Notes under the pieces: generated by a model
Told to the model about the DNA's origin: nothing
Databases searched by the model: none
Seen by the model: only the letters and a program-made list of their open reading frames with translations
Shown: in pieces, positions 47,830 through 56,284 of the stretch
How positions within the stretch are numbered: position 1 is the first letter of the stretch
How the letters are laid out: every line of letters begins with the position of its first letter
Virus record (IMG/VR): IMGVR_UViG_3300027057_000001
Span: 36,683 to 100,682 of that record
DNA: 64,000 nt
Origin: a virus
Direction: 5' to 3' (one strand)
Made by a program: the position numbers and the translations under genes

Positions 47830-47830
47830 C

Positions 47831-47849
47831 AGCGAAAGTGACTTTCGCT
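47831..47849. repeat. Perfect palindrome, copy 3 (AGCGAAAGT-G-ACTTTCGCT)
   Basis: Read directly; lies 1 bp from the -35 of cassette 3. Confidence 0.95.
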
Positions 47850-47865
47850 CTGAAGGAGAAGGTGA

Positions 47866-48351
47866 GTGGCGCTGATTCAACCCGTTCTGGCCGGGAGGCT
47901 GACTAGCATCCTGAGCCAGCCAGGCGACAACGCACAGGCGAAGGCGGTGGAGTGGGCCTCGGCCTACCAGACCTACGCTGCGCCTGCGATGGCGGGTGTT
48001 CTCCTGCCTGTGTTCACCGGGTCTGAGATGGCGCTGTTCCTGGGGCAGATCTCCCCCGTCTTCAACAACCCGAACAGCACGGCTGTCCAGTTCGCCAACG
48101 CCCTGGCGAGCGCGGTGGAGTCGTTCTGGTTCCTGCCCCCGGTGCCCTTCCAGCTTCTCCCGGTAGCGGGCGCAGTGACAGGGTTCCCAGGAAAGCCAGC
48201 GCTCATCGCGCAACTGGTCAGCATTCTTGGGAACCAGTACAAACAGGCCGCGCAGCCAGCACAGGACATCGCGACTGCGCTCGACACGGCGACGAGGACG
48301 GTCATTGTGACCTTCGCTCCGCCCCCAGGCTCCACAGCTACGCTGGTGTGA
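47866..48351 (+). CDS. Hypothetical baseplate-region protein
   Basis: AGGAG RBS; A/P-rich helical protein following the spike gene. Confidence 0.6.
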   Translation: MALIQPVLAGRLTSILSQPGDNAQAKAVEWASAYQTYAAPAMAGVLLPVFTGSEMALFLGQISPVFNNPNSTAVQFANALASAVESFWFLPPVPFQLLPVAGAVTGFPGKPALIAQLVSILGNQYKQAAQPAQDIATALDTATRTVIVTFAPPPGSTATLV

Positions 48352-48365
48352 TGTAGGATGAAGCC

Positions 48366-48908
48366 GTGACGATTCGAGGACCAAAGCCCAAGCCCATTGC
48401 CGAGAGGCTTCTCTCCAAGGCATCGACACCATTGGACGGGTGCTGGGAGTGGACGGCAAGCCTGGACAGTCAAGGGAGGGCCTTCCTGATGGTCGGGTCA
48501 AAGTCCGATGGCACGAGGACTTCGGCGCGGGCGGCGCGGCTGTCCTATGAGGAGTTCGTTGGCCCGATACCAGATGGCATGTGCGTGCTTCACAGGTGCG
48601 ACAACCCGAAGTGCATCAGGCCAGGCCATCTGTTCCTTGGAACGCAGGCTGACAACGTAGCCGATATGGTGGCCAAGGGGCGACAGGCAAGCGGTGAGAG
48701 CCACGGGTGGTTCAGGCACCCAGACAGGGTTCCGAGGGGCGAGCGGAATGGACGCTCAAAGCTCTCGCATCCCAAGGCGCGGGAGATTCGTCATCGGTAT
48801 GCTTCTGGTGGTGTTTCGCAGAGGGCTCTTGCTGGTGAGTATGGGGTCACGCTTCGGGCTATTCAACAGGTGTTGAGCGGCAAGACCTGGGTCGGAGGTG
48901 GCCAGTGA
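48366..48908 (+). CDS. Free-standing HNH homing endonuclease with C-terminal HTH
   Basis: CWEWT, GPIPDGMCVLHRCDNPKCIRPGHLFLGTQADN, GERNGRSKL, SQRALAGEYGV. Confidence 0.9.
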   Translation: MTIRGPKPKPIAERLLSKASTPLDGCWEWTASLDSQGRAFLMVGSKSDGTRTSARAARLSYEEFVGPIPDGMCVLHRCDNPKCIRPGHLFLGTQADNVADMVAKGRQASGESHGWFRHPDRVPRGERNGRSKLSHPKAREIRHRYASGGVSQRALAGEYGVTLRAIQQVLSGKTWVGGGQ

Positions 48909-49288
48909 CCATCAGGGGGATCGCGTTTCCGTTCCAGAAGGGCACGACATCATTCCCGTTGACGCGGACTGATGCAGATGTCGTCGCGGACAACATCAGG
49001 CGCATCCTCGAAACCCGCAAGGGAGAGAGGCCGATGCGTCCAGGAACGGGTGCGGCGGTCTGGGACTTCATCTTCGAGAACATAGGGGCGCTCCTCAACG
49101 CGAGGGTGGACCACGAGGTCAGGCGGGCGCTCTCCGAGGGTGAGCCCAGGGCGGACGTTCTGAGGGTCACGACGCAGCAGGAGAGCCGTGAGGATGGCGG
49201 CGTCAACATGGTGGTGACCATCGACTGGGTTTTCAACCGTGAATTCCGCCAGTCGGCCATCACATACGCCGGGCCGGGGAGTGGCTGA
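48905..49288 (+). CDS. Baseplate wedge protein, gp25/W-like
   Basis: GIAFPF, IRRILETRKGERPMRP..G, EPR. Confidence 0.9.
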   Translation: MTIRGIAFPFQKGTTSFPLTRTDADVVADNIRRILETRKGERPMRPGTGAAVWDFIFENIGALLNARVDHEVRRALSEGEPRADVLRVTTQQESREDGGVNMVVTIDWVFNREFRQSAITYAGPGSG

Positions 49289-51423
49289 TGACAGAACCGA
49301 TCCAGATCGAGTCGCCCCAGGCGAACATCAACCGGGTCCGATTCGCGGGCAAGGACTTCTTCACCTTTGTCGATGACCTCATCGCTCGCATCCAGCTTCT
49401 CTTCGTCACAGAGTTCAATGATTTCGTTGCTTCTGGCACCGGAGTCATGCTCATCGACATGGTGGCGTGGGCTTGCGAGACCCTGAGCTTCTACCTCGAC
49501 AGGCAGGCGACCGAGAGCTACATCCAGACGGCCCGCAACCGGCGCTCCATCAACCGGCTGGCGCGGCAGATCGGCTACAAGATGCGGGCTGCGGTGTCCG
49601 CGTCGGTCGATCTGGAGATCAATCTCACCCAGACCTACGCCTTCGCCGTCACCATCCCGGTGGGGTTCCAGTTCCGGGGGCCGAACGACACGACCTTCGA
49701 GACGGTCGAGAGCATCACCTTCCCGGCTGGCGAGGGTCCGCTCTCCCCGGCGAGGACCGTGGCCTGCACCGAGGGGTACACGCGCGAAGAGGTCTTCGCG
49801 TCTGACGGGACGAAGAACCAGGCGTTCAGGCTGTCGCCAGGGTCGAACCGCTTCGTGGCGGACGACTCCGTGGGCACGAGGGTGGACGCGGCGCTCTGGG
49901 AAGAGAGTCAGTTCATCAGCTTCGATGCGACGGACCAGTACGAGGTGGACTACAACACCGACCCGCCTCTCCTTCGCTTTGGCGACACAGTGGCCGGGAA
50001 CGTACCTCCGACAGGGGCCGAGATTCGGTGCTCCTACATCTCGTGTTCCGGGGCTGCTGGGCTCGTGCTCGCGGACACCATCACGGAGGTGGTGAGCCCC
50101 CTCGTGGTGGCCTTCCAGACCATCGACCTGACCATCAACAACCCGCTGCCGTCTTCTGGTGGGGCCAACCGGGAGAGCATCGAGGAAGCCAGGCGCAACG
50201 CCCCGCTCTTCTTCTACGCTCGCAACGCTGCGGTCACGCGCGAGGACTACGTGGGCTTGTCCCAGGCGTTCAGCGACCCCGTGGCCGGGGCGGTGTCGGT
50301 TGCCCAGGCATTCGTTGCCCTGGGGGCTGACGACGACCTGGCCCTCCAGGGCTACCTCAACGACATCAGGGCCATCGTGAACACCATTGCGACGACCGTC
50401 GCCGGGTACACGGCGACGGCGCAGGCGGCGGTGGACGCGCTGGAAGCGGCGCAGGTGAGCGCGTCGTCGGAGTCTGGTGACATCTCGACGGCGCTGGCGA
50501 ACATAGACACGGCTGCGCTCGCGGCCAGGCCGAAGGCCAACTCGGCGCACGCCGACATGATCCAGGTGGAGTCACAGGTGTCGGCAGCGAGGACGAAGGT
50601 CACGTCCATCGGGGACGGAGGTGCGGTGGCCGATCAACTCTCCTCGGCGTCGTACACAGAGCTTCTGGGCTACTTCACGGCGGCGGACACGGAGAGCGGT
50701 CAGGCCAAGAGCAACATCAACAGCCTCATCGGAGATCTGGACGACATCGACAGTGAGGTGGACGACGGGCAGGCAGCGCAGACGCAACTCGACACCGACC
50801 TGGCGACCATCGCGGCGCAGGCGGTCATCATCGAGAGCGAACTGGGGAACATCGACGCCGCCATCACGACAGGCTTCGAGGACTACATCTTCGACCTGCT
50901 CGACCTAATCTACGCGCACGTCGATGCTTTCCTCGCGGACGACTGCAAGGCGAACCTGATCCAGGTCCCGATCCTGACCAAGGACGTGGACGGCTTCTTC
51001 GTGGCCCCCAGCGCGGCGCTCATCAACGCGCTTCAGGCGCACCTGGACAGCATCAAAGAGGTCACCCAGGTCCCGGAGGTCGTCAGCGGAGAGCCCTGGC
51101 TGGTGGGTGCCGTCATCGAGGGAACCATCGGCGTGGCAGAGGGCTACGTGAAGCCGACCGTGCTCTCGAACGTGCTGAAGGCCATCGACGACATCCTCCG
51201 AGATCGGGAATTCGGCCAGAACCTCTGGCTCAACGAGATCATGAGCGTGGCACCTGACCCGCTGACCGGGGTGGGTGGCATCGAGGGGGTGGCCTACGCG
51301 AAGCTCCGCATCACGGGGCCATCGGCATACCTCGATGCGACGAGCCAGAACCTCGTCATCGGCCAGAACCTCATCATCACGAAGGGGTCGGTGACCATCG
51401 CAACAGAAACGGCGGACTTCTGA
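49288..51423 (+). CDS. Baseplate wedge, gp6/J-like, with a helical insertion
   Basis: KDF, FYLDRQATE..TA, LARQIGY, SDGTKNQ, LRFGD..GNVP, GGANRESIEE, AVTREDY. Confidence 0.9.
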   Translation: MTEPIQIESPQANINRVRFAGKDFFTFVDDLIARIQLLFVTEFNDFVASGTGVMLIDMVAWACETLSFYLDRQATESYIQTARNRRSINRLARQIGYKMRAAVSASVDLEINLTQTYAFAVTIPVGFQFRGPNDTTFETVESITFPAGEGPLSPARTVACTEGYTREEVFASDGTKNQAFRLSPGSNRFVADDSVGTRVDAALWEESQFISFDATDQYEVDYNTDPPLLRFGDTVAGNVPPTGAEIRCSYISCSGAAGLVLADTITEVVSPLVVAFQTIDLTINNPLPSSGGANRESIEEARRNAPLFFYARNAAVTREDYVGLSQAFSDPVAGAVSVAQAFVALGADDDLALQGYLNDIRAIVNTIATTVAGYTATAQAAVDALEAAQVSASSESGDISTALANIDTAALAARPKANSAHADMIQVESQVSAARTKVTSIGDGGAVADQLSSASYTELLGYFTAADTESGQAKSNINSLIGDLDDIDSEVDDGQAAQTQLDTDLATIAAQAVIIESELGNIDAAITTGFEDYIFDLLDLIYAHVDAFLADDCKANLIQVPILTKDVDGFFVAPSAALINALQAHLDSIKEVTQVPEVVSGEPWLVGAVIEGTIGVAEGYVKPTVLSNVLKAIDDILRDREFGQNLWLNEIMSVAPDPLTGVGGIEGVAYAKLRITGPSAYLDATSQNLVIGQNLIITKGSVTIATETADF

Positions 51424-52031
51424 TGAAGACGAAACGACACATCGTCCTGTACATCATCTGCCTGCCATGGGACCTGGTGGCCTATCTGACCGTGCTGCTC
51501 ATCCGGCTCTTCTGGGGCAAGGGGCTGCGGTGGGAGACCCCGCCAGATGCGAAGCAGCGCGGCGGAGGGCCGTGCTTGACGTGCCAGATGAAGGAGGGCT
51601 CGCTGCCGGTGCGGAAGGGCACCTTCCCGGTGGGCTGGTATCTGCACGACCGCAACGCAGACCCGCCGAGGCCGTGGGGTGGAACGACCCTGGGTCACGG
51701 TATCTTCTACGGACCCTTCGGGCGCTACGACAACGATCCGAACAACACCTGGACCAGGACCCAGGAGCACGAGCACTACCACGTCGAGCAGCACGAAGCA
51801 GCGATGGTGGGGAGCTTCATCATGGGGCTGGCGACGTTCATCGTCTTGCTGGCCCTGGGGCACCCCGTAGCGGCTTCGGCTCTTGGGGTGTCCCTGTGGG
51901 CCTCTGGCTACCTGCTCATGGGCGCAGGAGGCTGGCTGACGGCTCTCCTGCGCGGAGAGAAGGCGTACCGGGGCAGCCAGCACGAGGAGAGCGCCAGGGC
52001 GCAGACCGACGTCAATAGGAGCAGGCGATGA
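51423..52031 (+). CDS. Membrane protein with an HExxH zincin motif
   Basis: GGTTLGHGIF, HEHYHVEQ, hydrophobic helices, YRGSQHEESA. Confidence 0.6.
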   Translation: MKTKRHIVLYIICLPWDLVAYLTVLLIRLFWGKGLRWETPPDAKQRGGGPCLTCQMKEGSLPVRKGTFPVGWYLHDRNADPPRPWGGTTLGHGIFYGPFGRYDNDPNNTWTRTQEHEHYHVEQHEAAMVGSFIMGLATFIVLLALGHPVAASALGVSLWASGYLLMGAGGWLTALLRGEKAYRGSQHEESARAQTDVNRSRR

Positions 52032-54199
52032 CCGTAAGCTCACCCAGGATGCAGTGGCCGTACCCGACCCGGGAAGACGACCCATGGTACGAGTTCTTCC
52101 AGGACTACATCAACTCGGCTGACGCTTCGGGCTTCGCTGCACGCGAGGACAGGAGCATCATCTGGGCTGGCGGCGGGACGGTCTCGTGGGACCTGGCGTC
52201 GGAGACATTGGAGTGGACCGGGGAGATCGACGTCTACTCCCCCATCGGTTCCAGGCTGCTTCAGATCGATGCTGGGAGCATCGCTGACCTGGCCGAGGGA
52301 GAGGTGGTCTACGTCGTCCTGACCAGGCAACCGCTGGAGAACATCTCGGCGACCCTGGTGAAAGCGAGCCAGCTTCCATCAAACGACAACGCGATGAGCC
52401 TCGCCGTCCGCATCGGCGACGTCATCTACTTCCGCACCGGCATCAGCCTGGGCGACGGCGACACGGCAGACGGCATCGCTCCGGTTCCAGGCGGGGCGGG
52501 GTTGGAGGTCGAAGACGAGGGGGTCTCGGTAGACCCCGCTGTCTCCAAGATGGACTTCGTTGGCGGCAACATCACGGCCACGCAGACGGCTCCTGGCGAG
52601 GTCCAGGTTGCGGTGACGGGTGGTGTGGCGAGTCCCTTTGAAGACGACATCCCGAACAACGAGATCCAGCCCGTTGCGGCGAGCATCGGCAGGAGCTTCA
52701 TCGTCGGCTCGCAGGACATGGACGACTCCGGGGTAGCGAATGACGCCCGGATGTTTTTCAACAAGACCAAGGCTGCATTCCGGGCTGGCGAGGCCACTGG
52801 CAACGAATGGAATGACGTCGATGTGGGCACCAACTCCATCGCCCTTGGGCGCAACTGTCGGGCATCTGGAGACAGGTCTGTTGCCCTTGTGCAGTCCTCA
52901 GCCACTGGATTGTCTTCCTTTGCTGCCGGTGGAAGTGCCAGGGCGCAGGGCGAATACACGGTGGCCCTCGTCGGCGGACAAGCAGCCGGAAACTACTCGG
53001 TTGCCGAGGGGTATTCGAGGGCTGGTGGTCTTACATCCCACGCTGAAGGCTATGCGCGGGCCGAAGGGGACTTGTCGCACGCCGAAGGCTACGCTGAAGC
53101 CAACGGTCAGGCGTCTCACGCCGAGGGGACTGGTGGGTACGCGGACGGGGATTGGTCCCACGCTGAAGGATTCGAGAGCATCGCCCGTGACCAGGCGTGT
53201 CACGCCGAGGGGTACGACACGTTAGCCGAAGACGTCAACTCTGCCTTTGACTATGGCGGGTCGCACTCAGAGGGAGTTTTTACGGAAGCTACCTACGAGG
53301 CGGCACATGCCGAGGGGTACTGGACGGATGCGAACGCGAAGTGGTCGCACACCGAGGGATACACCACTTCCACCGGAGCGGCTGGTTCACACGCCGAGGG
53401 AATTGGATCATCCACCAGCGGGAACCCAACGTCTTACAACAATGGTGGCGCTCATGCCGAGGGCTACCAGACCAGTGCGAGCGGTCCCAGGGGAGCCCAC
53501 TCAGAGGGTCGTTTCAGCACGGCATCCGGGACTGCGTCACACGCTGAAGGCAACAGCACAATAGCAAGCGGTAACAACTCTCACGCTGAAGGGTCGCAGG
53601 CCGACGCTCTCGGGGATAACTCTCATGCCGAGGGGTATTTTACGACCGCGACGGCAGTCAATTCTCATGCCGAGGGTGAGGACTCTGAGAGCTATTTCGA
53701 GGGTTCTCACGCGGCTTCGAGTGGACTTGTTTCGTTCTCTGATCGAACGCAGTACCAGAGGGTCACGGTTGGCAGGAGACTCACTCCAGACCCGCTGTGG
53801 CACCCTCTGACCCTTGGCGGTAGCTCCCCATCCCCGGCGACCTCACTGGTCGTGCCTCTCGACCATTCATGGTCCGTCGCCATCGAGGTCACGGCGAGGG
53901 ATGGTGATCCAGCTTTCGGCGGTGGTGGAACAGGCGACACGGCGACGTTTTTCTTCAAGGCAGCGGTGAAGAATGTAGCTGGCGTTGTGACTTTCGTCGG
54001 GGGCGTGTCTCCCTGGACGTGGCTGCATTCGTTCAAAGATCCCGGTGCCGCCCTGTGGGATGCTCGGATTGTCATCGGGACCACGGTGCCTGGTGCCATG
54101 GAGATCGAGGCGCTGGGCGACATTTCGCGGTCAACCATCTGGGAGGCTACGGTCCATCTGACGGAGGTCGCCACACCCGGCTTACTGGTGGACACGTAG
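52028..54199 (+). CDS. Tail fibre/adhesin with YadA-head-like SHAEG repeats
   Basis: 15 H-x-E-G repeats with ~13-14 aa period. Confidence 0.8.
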   Translation: MTVSSPRMQWPYPTREDDPWYEFFQDYINSADASGFAAREDRSIIWAGGGTVSWDLASETLEWTGEIDVYSPIGSRLLQIDAGSIADLAEGEVVYVVLTRQPLENISATLVKASQLPSNDNAMSLAVRIGDVIYFRTGISLGDGDTADGIAPVPGGAGLEVEDEGVSVDPAVSKMDFVGGNITATQTAPGEVQVAVTGGVASPFEDDIPNNEIQPVAASIGRSFIVGSQDMDDSGVANDARMFFNKTKAAFRAGEATGNEWNDVDVGTNSIALGRNCRASGDRSVALVQSSATGLSSFAAGGSARAQGEYTVALVGGQAAGNYSVAEGYSRAGGLTSHAEGYARAEGDLSHAEGYAEANGQASHAEGTGGYADGDWSHAEGFESIARDQACHAEGYDTLAEDVNSAFDYGGSHSEGVFTEATYEAAHAEGYWTDANAKWSHTEGYTTSTGAAGSHAEGIGSSTSGNPTSYNNGGAHAEGYQTSASGPRGAHSEGRFSTASGTASHAEGNSTIASGNNSHAEGSQADALGDNSHAEGYFTTATAVNSHAEGEDSESYFEGSHAASSGLVSFSDRTQYQRVTVGRRLTPDPLWHPLTLGGSSPSPATSLVVPLDHSWSVAIEVTARDGDPAFGGGGTGDTATFFFKAAVKNVAGVVTFVGGVSPWTWLHSFKDPGAALWDARIVIGTTVPGAMEIEALGDISRSTIWEATVHLTEVATPGLLVDT

Positions 54200-54215
54200 G
54201 CGTAGGAGATAGAAA

Positions 54216-54509
54216 ATGGCAATGACGCAAGAGCAGATTGACACCGCTATCAGCCGTCTCGAAGGCGGGGAAGCCCCAAGAGCCATTAGGGTCGATATGG
54301 GGATCTCGAAGGATGATTGGGTGGCCTGGAAGCGGGATAACCTTGCTGTTTTCAGGGCGGCGCATCAGACGTCGATAGAGGCGGCTCCTGCTGAGACTGC
54401 CGAGGAGCGGATCACGCACCTTCAGACTCGAAAGGCTCGTATCGAGGCGCATATGGCGAAGCGTGTGGCCCGCATCGACGCGCAGATTGCTGAGTTGGAG
54501 GCGGAGTGA
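54216..54509 (+). CDS. Small helical protein
   Basis: AGGAG RBS; C-terminal coiled coil. Confidence 0.55.
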   Translation: MAMTQEQIDTAISRLEGGEAPRAIRVDMGISKDDWVAWKRDNLAVFRAAHQTSIEAAPAETAEERITHLQTRKARIEAHMAKRVARIDAQIAELEAE

Positions 54510-55342
54510 TGCGGAAGCTCGTCTTTCTCTGTGGGCTTCCGAGGAGCGGAACGACGTTGCTCGCGAACATTCTCGCGCAGAACCCAGTGGCCTACGCCAC
54601 GGCGACGAGCGGGCTCCTCGATACGCTGCGGGCGATCCGCGACGTCTGCGACAGCAACACGTTCTACAAGGCCATGGACCCTGGTGAGCGCAAAGAGCGG
54701 AAATTGGCGCTACTTCGCGGGGCCATTCAGGGATACTTCGCTCATGCCGAGGGGAAGGTCTGCTTTGACAAGAGTCGTGGCTGGCCGACTTCCTTCGAGA
54801 TGATGGGGTGGGTGCTCGGCGGGCGGGAGCACGTCAAGGCCATCGTGTGTGTCCGGGACATCCGTGACGTGCTGGCGAGCTTCGAGAAGCTGTACCGGGT
54901 GACAGCGGAGTCGTCTTCGACATCCCAGGAGCGGGCGGCTTTCGTCGAGCATCGCACGGCGCTGGGGCGAGCGCAGTTTATCATGAAGCCCGACGAGCCC
55001 GTGGGCTACGCGATGGATGTGGTGCAGGACGCGGTGACCCGTGGCTGGCGCGACAACATGCTGTTCGTGGACTATGACGCGCTGTGTCATTCGTCGCAGG
55101 GTACGCTGGACAAGATCTACACCTTCATCGGCGAGGAGAGCTTCGAGCATGACCCGAAGCACGTTGAGCAGGTGACCAGGGAGGATGATTCCGTTCACTC
55201 CTTTGTCGGCCTCCACGACATCAGACCAGAGGTGAAGCCCCAGGAGCCGCAGTGGCCGCTCGTTTACGACGGGACGATGACGGGCACACCGTTCTGGGCT
55301 CGCGTGACGGAGAGTGCTCGCTACTGGGAGCACATGAAGTAG
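54506..55342 (+). CDS. PAPS-dependent sulfotransferase family protein
   Basis: 5'-PSB loop GLPRSGTTLL, DKSRGW, 3'-PB motif VRDIRDVLAS. Confidence 0.85.
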   Translation: MMRKLVFLCGLPRSGTTLLANILAQNPVAYATATSGLLDTLRAIRDVCDSNTFYKAMDPGERKERKLALLRGAIQGYFAHAEGKVCFDKSRGWPTSFEMMGWVLGGREHVKAIVCVRDIRDVLASFEKLYRVTAESSSTSQERAAFVEHRTALGRAQFIMKPDEPVGYAMDVVQDAVTRGWRDNMLFVDYDALCHSSQGTLDKIYTFIGEESFEHDPKHVEQVTREDDSVHSFVGLHDIRPEVKPQEPQWPLVYDGTMTGTPFWARVTESARYWEHMK

Positions 55343-55352
55343 GAGGAAGGCC

Positions 55353-55949
55353 GTGCCGACGCACCAATTTGCACCATCGAATACGCCCCCGTTCAACCCA
55401 CGGGTCAACGACACCTACCTGGATGACGGGACGAACACCGGGTCAGGAGCCCCTGGGTGGCGCTACTGCGTCAGCATCGGGCCGAACGTGTGGGCTGACG
55501 TCGGTGGTGGAGGTGGTGCTCCGCTCTCGTCCATCGGCCTGGGGGTCGGGGACTACACGTACACGCAGGCCGCGCAGCCTGTGGAAGAGGTGGTCGGCAA
55601 CGGAGGATTCGACGGAAGCTCTGTCGGCTCGTCCACGGCCTACTTCAAGGCTTCGGTGACCAACTCCTGGCAGCAGACTGGCAGCGGCGAGACGACCCGC
55701 GTGCGGCTCTACGACATGGGGCCAGCAGCGGGTCCTCCCGACGTGACGCCGAGGCTCGTGAGCGAGTTGACGTTCACGGCCCAGGGTGGTCCTCGCGAGT
55801 CGGAGGTGGCACTGACGGTGGTGTCTTCAACTCCGGGAACGGACGACATCCTCGACAGCGACCGCATGTACGAGGTGGCGATCATCCAGGACCCGTCGTC
55901 GCAGGGTGATGTGGCCTACCTGGGGTCGGCTGGGCTGGAGGTGAGGTAG
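55353..55949 (+). CDS. Fibre-associated structural protein
   Basis: P..P..NDTYLD N-terminus, poly-Gly hinge, beta domain. Confidence 0.55.
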   Translation: MPTHQFAPSNTPPFNPRVNDTYLDDGTNTGSGAPGWRYCVSIGPNVWADVGGGGGAPLSSIGLGVGDYTYTQAAQPVEEVVGNGGFDGSSVGSSTAYFKASVTNSWQQTGSGETTRVRLYDMGPAAGPPDVTPRLVSELTFTAQGGPRESEVALTVVSSTPGTDDILDSDRMYEVAIIQDPSSQGDVAYLGSAGLEVR

Positions 55950-55951
55950 AG

Positions 55952-56284
55952 ATGACGGTGCAGAGCAACCTTGACGCGGCGGTGGTGGACCTGAAGGCGG
56001 AGCTTGATTCGATGAGCTTCCTGGACCCTGGCGCGAAGACGGCGGTGGATCAAGACCTCATCGACGCCATCCAGGCCGACATGGATGCGCTGGTGACGAG
56101 TTACAAGGCAGAGTTCACGGCGACCCTTGTTGACGACGGGTACGCTTTCAGTCCGACAGCGGAAGCTCTCGCGCACTGGCTCTTCGATGGCGGTGAGCAT
56201 CGGCTGATGATGACGCTTTATCCAACGAGCGATGACGAGGCGATGGTCTTCGAGGCTGACGTCCCGTTCCCTTGGAGGTCGTGA
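55952..56284 (+). CDS. Acidic hypothetical protein
   Basis: GAGG RBS; operon position. Confidence 0.55.
   Translation: MTVQSNLDAAVVDLKAELDSMSFLDPGAKTAVDQDLIDAIQADMDALVTSYKAEFTATLVDDGYAFSPTAEALAHWLFDGGEHRLMMTLYPTSDDEAMVFEADVPFPWRS

Noticed and set aside
4940-47853. Palindromes and the Cas4-like gene as a CRISPR system
   Set aside because: Copies are 21 kb apart with no repeat-spacer array, and no cas1/cas2 or effector genes are present
23671-51423. Stand-alone eCIS, tailocin or T6SS locus
   Set aside because: The tail genes are contiguous with terminase, portal, protease and capsid genes, so this is a phage
53987-53996. Partial matches to the palindrome half-site (GTGACTTTCG here; also near 10966 and 31449)
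   Set aside because: They lack the opposite arm and lie in coding sequence; likely chance
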